Positions 1 to 12,012 of a stretch of DNA of 38,629 nt are shown here, one piece after another. The position numbers were made by a program, and so were the translations under genes. How positions within the stretch are numbered: position 1 is the stretch's first letter; each line of letters begins with the position of its first letter. The stretch comes from Catajapyx aquilonaris (lineage: Eukaryota): positions 1 to 38,629 of the forward strand of contig JYFJ02003787.1 in the NCBI GenBank assembly GCA_000934665.2, in the 5' to 3' direction. The notes under the pieces are model-generated. The model did no database searches. It saw only the letters and a program-made list of their open reading frames with translations, and had not been told where the DNA came from.

Positions 1-1
1 A

Positions 2-304
2 TTCCAGCAAGACGGTGCCACTCCTCATACAGCCAAGACCACAAAACGTTGGCTGGAGAACCATGATATCGACACACTTCCATGGCCCCCAAATAGCTCG
101 GACCTAAATCCAATCGAAACCATCTGGAAAAAAATGAAGCGGCAACTTCGGCAACGCAGACCACGCACTTTGCTTGGCCTTCGGCAGACGTTACAGCAGA
201 TCTGGGATGCCGTCACCCCAAAAGACTGCGCAGACCTATATGACCAGATGCCAGCCCGCATCAAAGCAGTGATCAGAGCCAGGGGAGATGTCACACATTA
301 CTGA
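2..304 (+). mobile_element. Tc1 (DD34E) transposase C-terminal part, truncated by the window edge
   Basis: Frame 2 reads FQQDGATPHTA...WPPNSSDLNPIETIW...MPARIKAVIRARGDVTHY* with 34 residues between D and E and no stops. AATAAA at 326; possible TIR end near 465. Confidence 0.93.
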
Positions 305-805
305 TGCATGTACTGTATCAAGTCAATAAAGAGTATTGCACCTGAGCGAATTAATTTGACAAAGCGCGCGCTGTGAGCGAATTGTCCTGCAACTTGTGAC
401 GCATTTTGTACTCTCATTAACTTTTTAACTATGTAAACTAGGGTCCCCATTTTTAACCATCCAGTGGCTAAATACTGCCTTTGTCTGTGGAAAAATCCAC
501 GACATTGTGTCTTCAATAATTTCGCGCATTGGTGGGTTTCTGCTCATCTATGGTGCAAATGTTTAGGGTGAGCGAATTACCATGCAGTTGGGCAAGTAGT
601 ATGCTTATCTTCGATTCCTTCTTCTGCCGCTTCGGAAAAATGTCGCTGGCGGTTGCCTCGATATATGACCAACACTGAACCAATATTGCTATTGTCAATG
701 AAAGTCGAACTATGAACCCCACCCCCTCTTGCTCAAGCCAATTCAATGGGAAGAATTAAATTTAAAAACTGGTTTTAGACTTTCTCTCTACAAAAAAATG
801 TATTA

Positions 806-1244
806 TGCATGGTGTTCATGAAAAACACTGACAAACCTATATCACCACCGACCTAGGGACCAGACGATCACATTATGTAGATGAGTGATTATTCCTGGGC
901 CGCCTCATTACCGCGCAAATTGCCTTCAAACAGGTAGTATAAAATATCCTGGAAGTTAGGCCACCCAACGGACCCTTCCCCAGTCAGAAGGATCTGGAAG
1001 GTCTGGGGGCCGGACTTTATTGGTTTGTTGCCCACAGGTGGTAAGGCCGCTATGGCTAGTTACACCTGTAAATTTTATTTAAAAGTCAGAAGGAGTGATT
1101 AGGCAAAAATCGCTAATCAGCAACGAGTCAATTATCTCAGTAATGAGGCGGTGTAGACATAATGACTCCTCTACATAAAATGGCCCTCACGTTACCATTG
1201 GCCACTGGTATCAGTTTGTCGGTGTTTTTCATGAACACCCTGTA
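806..1244. mobile_element. Tc1/mariner-type MITE
   Basis: TIRs GGTGTTCATGAAAAACACTGACAAAC and GTTTGTCGGTGTTTTTCATGAACACCCTG-TA; the imperfect inverted repeat extends ~110 bp. Confidence 0.8.
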
Positions 1245-1559
1245 GAACGGCTCTGTCCATCGGTCCGTGGACAGGTATCAGGGCCTAAACTGCAAGAGAT
1301 ATCAACTAACGGGTTTTGGATTCAGATTCAGCAGACAGTAATAGGTTTCATGGTCAACTTTAAGTGACCGGCCACTTCCGGTTATCTGGGTTCACTCGAT
1401 CCATCAATGTCAAGTTACAGGCAGGTGTCCTTGGGGTTCCTTGGAAACTGACAATGAGACTGAACATTCTATGTAATTGTCCAATTTGAATTTCCTTGGC
1501 CATGACAAAAAGTCTACTCGAATCAAGCTCATGTGATTTGCCAATGTTGTTTAATTGAA

Positions 1560-1830
1560 TACAGGAAGTCCCCGGTGTACGAACGACTCGACTTACGGCG
1601 ATCCATACTTACAAACGGGCTCCCAGAGCTATCCATAAGGATGATTTATAATTATTCCTCCAGTTTAAATCACTACGCCTGTAAACAAACACACATGACG
1701 TAAGCGGTTCGTTGAAGCAGCAACTTTAAATATATTTGCACTGTTCCTCAGGGATTTGAGTTACGTACATATCCGACTTATCGTCATTTTCAGGAACATA
1801 ACCCCATTTGTATACTGGGGACTTGCTGTA
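1560..1830. mobile_element. pogo/Tigger-like MITE
   Basis: TA-CAGGAAGTCCCCGGTGTACGAA ... TTTGTATACTGGGGACTTGCTG-TA, with subterminal GACTTA(C) repeats. Confidence 0.78.
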
Positions 1831-2866
1831 ATTTGATCTTATAGTTTTCCTCCCAGTCATCTGGTACCGGTAACCCTACTGGATTATAGTGGAAATGGAA
1901 CATGTTGGCTTGAACTGAATTAATGAAGATCTGGATTGGTTAATGCAGATATTATGCTAGTCGAGACGGGAAGAACATGCAACTCTCAATGTTTTCAACA
2001 TTGCTAGGAATAATTACATACAACTATTTTAAGGTTTATAGCACTTGTTTGACAATTTTAAATAGTGAAAAATTGCATAATTGAGAATTTCATGTGTAGA
2101 TTTTTGCAATACCAGAAAAAAAAATCCGGTAACCAACTTTCACTAAAAATTGGGGCTGATCACAGCAAAAACAATCCTGGAACACATCCTATCAGAACAC
2201 ATTTATGGAGAAAGACTACTCATTTATGTAGTTAATGATTAAATCTCCTTTCTCCCTATGCACCACTTTCCCAACACCCCTGCCGTGCTGCTTAAGGTGG
2301 TCCATTTGAAGCAGCCATCAACAAACAATTAGAGCAAGCAGTCCTGTCCACTCCAAGGGAAGTCCTTATGGATGGTCACACGTTCCGAGTTAGCATCAAA
2401 CACAACAATGGCCGCCCACCCAACAATGGTCCCAGCAATAGGGACACTCCTCTTGAGGGGAGCCATATTAAAAGCATCAAAGGTCAGGAAAGACCAGGAA
2501 AAATATGCATAACTGCTCAAACCCACCTTTTCACATCCATGTCATTTTTTACGTCGTCTAGTTTGCATTGTTCCAACGTGAAAATAAGTACCCTTGTGTC
2601 TGCATGAAGATGTTTTTCATTTATTATGCTACAGACTTATGATTGGTGTTGTATCAGTGTGTAGGAAAACTTATCTACAAATAGGTATTCCTGTTCTTTG
2701 TAACGCATTGAAAATTGATACCTCCTGATGTGCAGTAACAATGTGAATGCATTTAATTGTGAGATGTGCATATATGCATGTTACAATGCAGCTGCTTGCA
2801 CGAGTATTGGCAGTTGCTGATTGGAGTGAAACCTAATACTACTTGGTTGCTCTTATGTTGTTACAG

Positions 2867-3270
2867 TATGCCCTGGTCGAAGCGTGGGATCTGGTCGACT
2901 TGGGCCACGGCCAATAGCCCGCTCCAGCTATGGTAGTCAGTCAGAGGAGGAATCTCCACCTTTCAGAGCTGGTGGGGGGTGGGGTCAGGAGAGGAGCCAC
3001 AGAGGGAGGGGAAGGGGTCAAGTTGTCCAGTCTCCCCCATCCCCTGACAAGCAAGCAGAAAACTGGGAAGAAGATGAAGTATTTAAACGCAACAAAGATA
3101 AGCCAGAAACGACAAACTCAGCAGAGAAGAATACCATGGAGGATCCAAAAACCAAGTCAGGCCAAGCAGAGATAGAAGAGAGCAATGGTAGTGGTCATGA
3201 CGAGGATGATGATGAGTGGGAGGATGTACTAAGTGGGGAAGAAATTGATGAAAAAGAGGTCACTGTTTAA
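2867..3270 (+). CDS. Probable terminal coding exon of an unidentified gene convergent with dorsal (RG-containing, acidic low-complexity tail)
   Basis: Branch-like CTAAT at ~2833, T-rich tract, acceptor ttgttacag at 2866. Purine-rich open frame CPGRSVGSGRLGPRPIARSS...RGRGRG...DEDDDEWEDV...EVTV*, followed by U-rich UTR-like sequence. Confidence 0.55.
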
Positions 3271-3802
3271 ATTCACAGCCATCAGCAGTTCCAATATTTT
3301 TAGACTTCTTTTAATGAAATATTCAGATGACTGTCTTGTAGAAATTACTCCTTTTTTGCTTCCCAGTTATGAGAAAGAAAGAGACAGATGTTTTGAGAAC
3401 CCGTATAAGGTATGACATATACCTTGAATTTCCAGAATAGAACAACACTCGCACCATTTTAGTTCCTTTTAGACAAAGGGTCTGTTGCAGAATCGATTTT
3501 GTTGTATGCACCACAGTAATTTTTAGTGGAAGTTATTCCTAGCAATATTTGATGAAAAGGTGAAGCTCAGTTTTCTTCTGAGTTGTGATTATCTAGGGTT
3601 GAAAGTTGTGAATGTGCTATTTTTTCCATTTTAAAATGGCTGCAGAAGGCACTAGGAATCTTCCTGAATTTTCATTGTAATATTTAAGATATTGGGTAGC
3701 TTATTAACATTTCACTTTGTTCACTAAACCCAAATGGAATGAAATTGACACAAGTTAGTTCAATTTTCCTCGATGTAAAACCTCATTTGAAATGTTGCCA
3801 CA

Positions 3803-4256
3803 TTGTTTGTTTATTTGTTTGTTTGAGTGGGAAGGAGCCAAAGCAACTACGGCTATCTGGTTATTAGGCGATTCAAAGCTGATTCAGTTGGAGATGTGTG
3901 GAAACAAAGGGGGAAAAAAGAGAGGAAAGAATACCCCTGCTTGGCTTGGGGCAGAGAAAAAAATGCTTCCATGAGGTCATCTAAAAAGGAAGAGTGTACA
4001 TAACAAACATGGGACAATTGAATATCTGGATATGAAACATGAGAATGCAGTAATTTCCAGCATATCCCTAAGAGTAATATCTCTAATGTTCAGAGTTCCA
4101 TGCAAATGTTCCTAGGGATCCAGCAGTGGACTTTTTCAACATCTTTAGTACAGACTGCCTCTCATGCTGCATGCAAATGTTTCATAATTTAGGTCATATC
4201 CATATTGGTTGAAATGTCATGGCCATTCCCATGTCGAGTTAGTACTTCTGATCTCA
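3803..4256 (-). mobile_element. Degraded LINE 3' end with (AAAC)n tail
   Basis: TTTG repeats followed by GCCAAAGCAACTACGGCTATCTGG, which recurs at ~25950-26001. There is a weak EVLTR..GH-like remnant. Confidence 0.4.
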
Positions 4257-4270
4257 AGTGCACCTGGCAA

Positions 4271-4613
4271 CAACAATAATTATTATAATTGTGTATAGTG
4301 CATATCTGAGAGAGGTCTCACAGAGACATTTATTTTCCTCATCAGGGATACTGTTTTGTGTGTCCATTTTTGACGTGCATGAGTCTACAGGTGCGGCAGG
4401 ATTAGTGGGAGCGGAAGTGCAAAATAATGGAATGGCATAGATTTGTCATTTTGTGAGTCCCCTGGTTGATTAGTCTCAAGAAGTACCACCTTAGATGGAG
4501 CCATAGACCACCCAATTCCATGCAAGATGAAAGGGGGGAAAGTCTGGTTTGATTGAACCCTCGACCCTTCCATCTGTGGGTGCATGCATTACCACAGTGC
4601 CACTCTGCCTCCC
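4271..4613 (-). mobile_element. tRNA-derived SINE
   Basis: A-box TGGCACTGTGG and B-box GGTTCAATC on the minus strand, AATAAA plus (TTA)-like tail, and 14-bp TSD AGTGCACCTGGCAA (4257-4270, 4614-4627). Confidence 0.85.
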
Positions 4614-4720
4614 AGTGCACCTGGCAATATGAGCTGGTGAGAAGAAGCAATGGTGCTTCCCCCTCTCTCCATTACTCCTTCCCCCTCAGGGTGCCAACCA
4701 GACTTTTCTGCAGATAGAGA

Positions 4721-5597
4721 TACGAGGTGCTACCCAAAATATCTTGAGAATTTCGATATACCATGCAAACCATTGGTGGTACGAACTTGCACCACTAGCA
4801 GCCACTAGGTGTATCTTTCAACTGTGAGCCTGCCAACTGGCGTCTTCATAAGTGCATGTGTTTACAAATTTCGCTTGTTTTCTATACACTGTGTGCTTGT
4901 GTTTCTGCAAATTTCGGAATGACTGCAGTTAAGGAGCAAAGGATTTGCATCAAATTTTGCTTCAAGCTCAACAAAACTTTGGCTGGGGGCTGGTGGCTGA
5001 AGAAGGCTTTTGGTGACCAAGCTTTAAGCCAAGCTAGAACATATGAGTGGAGTTGCAGCAACATGAAATCAATGCTGATTTTTTTTTTTTTTACATTCCA
5101 GGAATTGTGCTTAAGGAGTTTTTTTCCACCTAGTCAAATTGTCAATGGGAAGTTTCACTGTGACGTTTTGAGACGACTGAGAGAAAATGTGAGGCACAAA
5201 CAGCCTGAGATGTGGAAGAACGCAGACTGGTTGCTTCATCATGACACATGCCTCACTTGTTGTCAGAGACTTCTTGACAAAAAACAACATGATCCCTGTC
5301 CCCCACCCTGCCTATTCGCCTGACCTGCAATTTCTACCTCTTTACTAAAATGAAACTTCGGTTGAAAGGTCGCCGTTTTGACTCCACTAAAGAGATCCAA
5401 GCAGAATCGCAGAAAGTGCTGAACACGCTACAGCCGGCAGACTTTTATGAGTGCTTCCAAAAATGGGAAAATCACTGGGATCATTGTGTACGAGCCAAGT
5501 AGTCACTACTTTGTAGGTGAAGATGGAAATTAGGACTTACAGTAAGTATTCATGGTTTTATGATCAAATTCTCAGAAAATTTGGGTAGCACCTCATA
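4721..5597 (+). mobile_element. Internally deleted mariner element
   Basis: TIRs TA-CGAGGTGCTACCCAAAAT and ATTTGGGTAGCACCTCA-TA; remnants EQRICIKFCF, WLLHHD, PYSPDL, LKGRRF and CFQKW with frameshifts. Confidence 0.92.
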
Positions 5598-6393
5598 TAA
5601 GCTAAATTATGAAACACTTTGTATAGCATGTTTATATTTACGCTTGCATTATTCCCCACGATCAGGGTCTTGTAGTGAGGGCATCACCCTAAATGATAGT
5701 GAAAACTCGCCACTAAGTTACCACAGTACACAGCAAAATACTTCCTGCAGCAGATCCTTTTTGAACTGGACATCCTTAAGCTGTCAACTTTTCTATTCCA
5801 TAATGCTGTTTACCAATCAGACTGTTACATGTTGAACATCATTGTTTTTCTTTGTGCCTTGATGAAATTAGTTGTTGTGAAGAAACTGAGGGTAACGTGG
5901 AAGGGATTATGGAGGACAAGTTGTCTGCAACAGTGAAATATGTCAGTTGGTCAATTTTTTGATGATGTAGTGAAGCATGGTGGGAGTGCTTGAGTTGGAG
6001 GTCAAGTACTATTTATCTCTGGATCAGTTTATCAGAGTTGGCTCAAACTAGAGGGAATCAAGTCCTAAGTGGTGTAAGTCAGGTTTATTTGTTTGCTTGA
6101 CACTGGGAGAGTCTTCTTTTCTGTATAATCGGATGCCCCTTGCTAAGTCTGTGGCCTATTAGTGTATCTTTTAAATGCAAGACACTCTACTGCCGATGGA
6201 CTCTGAGAGTGGAACAAAGCAGGAGAAACCTGTGGAAACACATGGGTAACCTTTCAAAACTTGCCACATGAGAAAATTCTTCATCCACTTTGGGGATCAG
6301 AGGTGGTATTGGCTGTGGCTTTAACCACTATCAATGCTGTGACACCCTGTTTTCTGTATTTGAATGGAATCCTTTACCACTTCTGCAAACATC

Positions 6394-6502
6394 CCCTAGG
6401 TAGCACAAAAATTGGGCCAATATTGGACGAATGTCGGCCCAATAGCTTGAATCTTGGGCCAACATTCGCCCAATATTGGCCCAACTTTTTGTGCTACCTG
6501 GC
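6394..6502. mobile_element. Short palindromic MITE-like element
   Basis: ~45-bp arms GGTAGCACAAAAATTGGGCCAATATTGG...CCAATATTGGCCCAACTTTTTGTGCTACC with an ~11-nt loop. Confidence 0.7.
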
Positions 6503-6623
6503 TGCTATCCTGCCAGACTGCCCTTGTGGGTTGAAAGAATGGGCTACATCACTCTAGCTTGCTGCTGCAGAGTCAAGGAAAAGTTGAGCAGAGCTGACGG
6601 AAGCCAAGTGGCGCCAAGAGAAA

Positions 6624-7331
6624 TATGGGTTCATCAAAACTGAATGCCCCGATTTGAAAACCCTATAACTCGAAAACGTGTAGACATATCTTAATGATTT
6701 AAGTTTTGACATGCTAAGAAGTGCAAGTTTTGGTCTCACCATAGGTTGTTAAGATATGAGCTCCATACGTCGCCCGGAAAATGTAAATAGAGTAGTCGAT
6801 GTCGTGCCTAACCAGCTTAGATATGTCTGGTGTTACCATTGCAATCTTATCCCGTGTGTGCTGGAGATGCCAGATCTTTTCACCATACATGTACAGTATC
6901 TCTACAAAAAAAAAAGTCCATCAGGGGATCTGAGCTCTAGGCATTGGGAAACTTCTCATTCAAGACTTCGCATACTGGGAGGCTGAACAAATGAAACCTT
7001 CCTACGGCAGGTTTGTTTCACAGACAAGGCAACTTTTTATGTGGATCATCAAGAACACTGTGCATGGTGTAAAGACCCGTCATCTCCAGCACCTACAGGA
7101 TAGGATTGCAACAGTAACTCCAGATATGATTGAGGAGGTTTGGCACATCACCGATTACCAACTTTTTAAATCTGCCGAGCAACTAATGGAGCTCATATTA
7201 AAACAAACTAAGGTGAGACCAAAACTTTAGACATTTCTTAGCATTTAAAAACTTAAATCATTAAGAAAAGTTCACAAGTTTTCAAGTTATAGGGTTTTTA
7301 AATCCATGCATTCTTTTTAGATGACCCTGTA
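6624..7331 (+). mobile_element. Degraded IS630-Tc1-mariner element (rosa/maT-like)
   Basis: ~55-bp TIRs containing AAAACCCTATAACTYGAAAAC and ending GACCCTG-TA; remnant LFMWIIKNTV...LQDRI..VTPDMIEEVW. Confidence 0.8.
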
Positions 7332-8193
7332 TATGGGGACATGTTGGAGTGGTAGAGGCAGGGCTGAGGAGCATAATGTGACAATGGTGAAGGACATGCT
7401 TTCCACAAAAACCTGCACAGAATGTTTAGGCAGTATCCATGTATCTTTTATTCTCAATCTGATGTAAGAGGACTTCTTATGTGTAAATTACTTGCCAAAA
7501 TTATGAAAATGATGTGAGGTACCAGAAGTATGGTATGGAAAAGTTGTAAAAAAAAAATTGTACCTTTTGGTCTCCAATATGCTTATGTTACTTTCAGCAA
7601 TTCGTGCAATTGTGTCTCATCAACTTCACTACCAATCAAGATTTTACACTTTCATAGCATAAACCTTTTATGAAAACTTGATGCCAAAAGAAAATCATTG
7701 TTGCATGACTTTTTAAAGGGATTGTTGCATGACTAATAATGTGAAAGGTTTATTTTATATTGACTATGATTTATAAAAATGAATTATGTTTTGCTTTTAA
7801 ACAGTTGTTCAGGGTTGAACTGAGCAGTTCCATTTTAGATCATGATTGTCAGGTCATGGTCAGGGATTTATTTCTTTAAAAATTTGTTTTTCAAATTTAA
7901 ATGATGAATAAAATGATTTCCCATTTTGATATACCTTGCTTAGTTTTCCTGGGATGGAACAAGCTTATTCAGCAAATCAGGGAAATTTGAGTTGCGTCAC
8001 ATCAAACCTGAGTAGTTCTGTCCTTTTGAGCTGAATTGCCAAACAGTCTAGTTTTCAGCCAACTCATGCAATCAGGAGCACGCTAACTTCCTGAGCAGGG
8101 AACTCAGCATCTGCCCATATGCACTGAATTGAATGACAGAGGTATGCACAACAGGGAGGATATTCTTAGAAAAGATTTTGCCGATGCTTGATT

Positions 8194-8990
8194 ATACGAG
8201 GCTAGTTTGAAAAGTTTTGCCTCCTAGCCGATAATTTCAAGAATACACACGATAATCACATAAACTGAATGTCTGGTTAAAGCTTGGAATGTCCTCTACC
8301 AGGGGGTTTCATTACTTTTCCACTTAGCCATCATCCCTATCCACACACACACACATCAATGTTGGACCAGTTGTTGCATCTGGTCAGAGAAGAAATCAGG
8401 CGTCTTCTCCCTGCACCAGCAATGCACATCTGCATGGAGTCCCTTCAGGTGTTCTTTCATCTTCATGAAAAGGAAAAAGTCGCAAGGTGTGAGATCCGAG
8501 CTGTATGGTAATCGTACACCATGACAAGGCTTGTCCACCCACAAGTTGACAAAGGCAGCATCTCTTCATAACATTTTACCACTGATTCCATACAGCCCGG
8601 ATCTCACCTTGTGGCTTTTTCCTTTCCACGAAGATGAAAGAACACCTGAAGGGACACCATCACACCAGTGTTGCAGAGGTACAAGCAGATATGCCATCAG
8701 ATGTAAGAAGACTGTAACTCAAAAACTAGTAGGGGTGAAAGTCGCATGCATGCCCTGTACTGATCCCCTCTCAGTCAGGGGGGATTAGTGCAGGGCATGC
8801 ACTCGACTTTCACTCTTACTAGTTTTTGAGTTACGGTCTTCTTACATCTGACGGCAGAGATGTGCAATGTGCATTGCTGGTGCAGGGAGAAGACATCTGA
8901 TTTCACGTTGCTTTGTGTGTGGATAGGGATGATGACTAATTGGAAAAGTAATGAAACCCTCTGGTAGAGGACAGCCCAAGCATTACTTTA
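8194..8990. mobile_element. Fold-back made of two inverted mariner 3' ends
   Basis: PYSSDLTPCDFFLFMKMKEHLKG on the minus strand (~8440-8510) and PYSPDLT...KMKEHLKG on plus (~8587-8653); 8290-8430 is inverted at 8865-8972; mariner-like terminus TACGAGG at ~8195. Confidence 0.8.
8694..8854. mobile_element. 161-bp hairpin element with 8-bp TSD-like flanks, nested in the mariner fold-back
   Basis: ~75-bp arms CCRTCAGATGTAAGAAGACYGTAACTCAAAAACTAGTA; flanks CAGATATG and CAGAGATG. Confidence 0.8.
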
Positions 8991-9864
8991 ACATTAGCTT
9001 GAGTCAAAAGGCATGAGGGGAGTACACCCGATCGGCGATAATGCACTGATAGGAGAGTCACCATAAAAGGAAGGACTTTTGCCCTCAAAAAACCTAACAA
9101 TAAGTAGAGAAGAACTGACTGTGAGGAGCAGTCAGAATCTCGAGTCAGGAGCAAGAGTAGCCCCCCTCCCTCCCCTTTTGGATGTGAAGAGTGACCACCA
9201 GTCAAAGGAGTTGTCAGTCATGTCCGCACCCAGAAGCTAAAGGCATGAAGGAGTCGCCACTAGGAAAGCAAGGTAACCAGGCTCACACTCCAAAGAAGGC
9301 ATCTGTTACATTCCCTGGACAAGACCCAGAAAACATTGCAGCTGAACCCAAGATGAAATGTTTACCCAAGATGCCATAGGCTGCAATAACTGTGAAGACA
9401 CCAAGAGGGCCAGCAAGCAACACCAATGCAATGGGTGGAGAGAGTTGAAGTCAATTTACAACAGTGATATCTTCCAAGGTTGTCGAACTTAGCGCAGTAA
9501 CAGGTTGGGGACACTAACCCCAAGTCACTGGCACTGATATCTAAAATATTGCAGTGTGAATAGTTCACAAGTGTGATGCTTTGGTATTGGTTGCTCACTT
9601 TGAACTGGCTTGAGGTTGTCTATAATTTTCCATAACTGCCATTACCAGTGACTTCAGCTAGCAATCTTACCTGCATTACAGGTATTTCTTGATACATGAT
9701 CCTGATTTTTGGGATGATGCCTTAGCAGTTAGCTCAGTGGTCTTCAGCAGTTGGTGTACATCCCCCTTTGGTCTCCTGCATCTGGAGGTCTCCCAAGGTC
9801 CAGGAGCCTGTCCAAAGCCAGTCAGCAGTTATTACAATATCTAATTACATAATTATTGATATAT

Positions 9865-10050
9865 GGGGAGGTGTAGATGGCCGAGATGGTAACGTCTCAG
9901 CTTGCTGAGTGAAAGGCCCCAGGTTCGATCCCCGCCTGGGGAGTTTTCCTTTTACCTGCATCAGGAGGGTCTCTATCCTGCACCTTGGAGGTGTCCGGCA
10001 ACCTAACCTCCTGGGGAACAGCTGGGCAACAAGTGAGGTTAGAGATGAAA
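9865..10050 (+). mobile_element. tRNA-derived SINE head
   Basis: A-box TGGCCGAGATGG and B-box GGTTCGATCC; the 3' end is uncertain. Confidence 0.7.
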
Positions 10051-10150
10051 CAATATTCATGTTTACACTGGAAAGTAATATTTCACAGGTAATTGAGAAT
10101 GCATAAGGCCCAAATCCAGCATTTTCAAAATTATTTTCCTATTCACCTGC

Positions 10151-10283
10151 ATATCCTCCTGAGACCCCTGGTACAGTATACTGTACCTTTGTTTTTTCCA
10201 GCACCTTCTGACTAACTCAAACGCATAAAAAAAAACAAAAACAAAGGTGATTGAAATGTGTACTAGGGGTCTCAGGAGGATAA
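10151..10283. mobile_element. piggyBac-like MITE (CCTCCTGAGACC family)
   Basis: TATCCTCCTGAGACCCCTGGTACA ... TGTACTAGGGGTCTCAGGAGGATA; same termini as the element at 27731. Confidence 0.7.
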
Positions 10284-12012
10284 GTGACAGCATCATATGA
10301 TGTGCACAGAGCTGCCTTCTCCCATCCTGCATGGAGGAGGAAAAGATCAGTTTCATAATGTTGACAGTTTCTTTTGTACTGAGTTTTTTGTATGTCTCCT
10401 GAAAAGTTATGCTCTCTGGACTTAGGCCAGTTGCATTCTAGGCTATTCAATTGTTATCGACTCATATGAAGGAAATCTGAGATTATGTTGGATTGTGTAT
10501 TGTGAATACCCACATCATCAGCATACAAGAGAAATCCAGTCAAACTTTGACAGCTTTGAGTTATATACACCTCTTTTTCTGCTCTAGATATCGCCTGGTG
10601 AAGTCCATTTAGTGCTAAGGCCAGGCGCAAACAGGGGAATTGGGGGTTGACTTGTTTCCTGCCTGGAGGCACCCACCACCTGGCAATAAATCTCTCACCA
10701 GCAAGAAACATAAGGGTAAATGGAATCCTCAGGTAGGGGCCCAGAGAACATGTTACTCCCCAATTCCTACATTTGCAGCTGGCCTAATTACTCTTAAATG
10801 TTCCAGCAAGCCAGAACTGGGTCTTTTCTAGCATGTAAACACAAGGCGCAAGGTCAAATCTTTGCTTTGGATTATCTCGAAACTAGGTTTATGGACTTAC
10901 CTGCATGCCAACAATATAAACGAAGCTTTTTCCTAATGTCCTCATACATGTGGCCCTTAATTTCCCTTGAGTGGTGTCATTAGTCCAAACATGACTAGTG
11001 ACCAACTGCAATGTATATAGGCTAACTGGGTAAATTAATAAAAGAATAACTTGATTAACAATATTTTACTCTACATTTTCAGGGGGGAAGGACACCAAAA
11101 TACACACAAAACATACAAACTATTCCCCAAAACACTGAACAATAACAACATGGAGAAAAATACTGAATGTAAAACATGGTACCCTTTTTGTACTCTACCA
11201 TAACATTTACATTCAAGAACTATCAGGTAGTTGATAATCAACTCCAATAACATTAACTGGAAATAATGTTAATGTTCTAGGTTAAACTTCAACATATGTC
11301 AATCTCTTTCCAGCATAAATGATAAGTTAACCTGAATGAGTGGAGTGTAAAAAAGTAGTACTTAAGAAAGACCATTTATATTTCACTAAAATTATTGTAT
11401 CCAACAACAGACTTGAGCTTGGACCAGAGAGTGGCAGGATTGCATATCAAAAATGGGCACATGGCGCATCCTAGTTCTCAAATTAGCCTTAATAAAATCA
11501 CAAAGCAATCTGAATTGAGGTCAAGAAAGTAACAGTTTTTTAAAATCTTCAGAAATATCAACACTTCATTTATGCATCAAAATGTTATTTGTGACCACCT
11601 GGATTAGCTCTACTGCTACTAACAATAAACTGTATATAACCTTACAAAACATAATTAGAACTAACAAAAAAACTCCCAACAAGATTAACAGGAAACCACG
11701 ATAACTTTGTTTGCAATACTGTTGCATGCCCAACACTCTATGCACAAAACAATAAAGGTGCATATCACCTGGCACAAAAAAAAATATTATAGTCAATATT
11801 TGAATTCTGGGATAGTGTTAGTTATCACAACCACCATTATTGTCAATGTTAATAAAAATATTTTCCAATAATTAGCTATAACAAAAAATTCACAAACTGA
11901 TATCATGTCCACTTACTCAGCAAGTGGCAGAATCAGTTAACTCATGCGAAGTTAAAAAATTGTTGATGAGATACTATAATACAGGTCTTCAGCTTATTAA
12001 AATCTGGAAAGT

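Noticed and set aside
9000..9830. LINE ORF1/gag-like remnant
   Set aside because: The composition is suggestive, but I could not recover convincing motifs in any frame.
9865..9940. Functional tRNA gene
   Set aside because: A and B boxes are present but there is no clean cloverleaf or acceptor stem; it resembles the SINE heads at 4613 and 21650.
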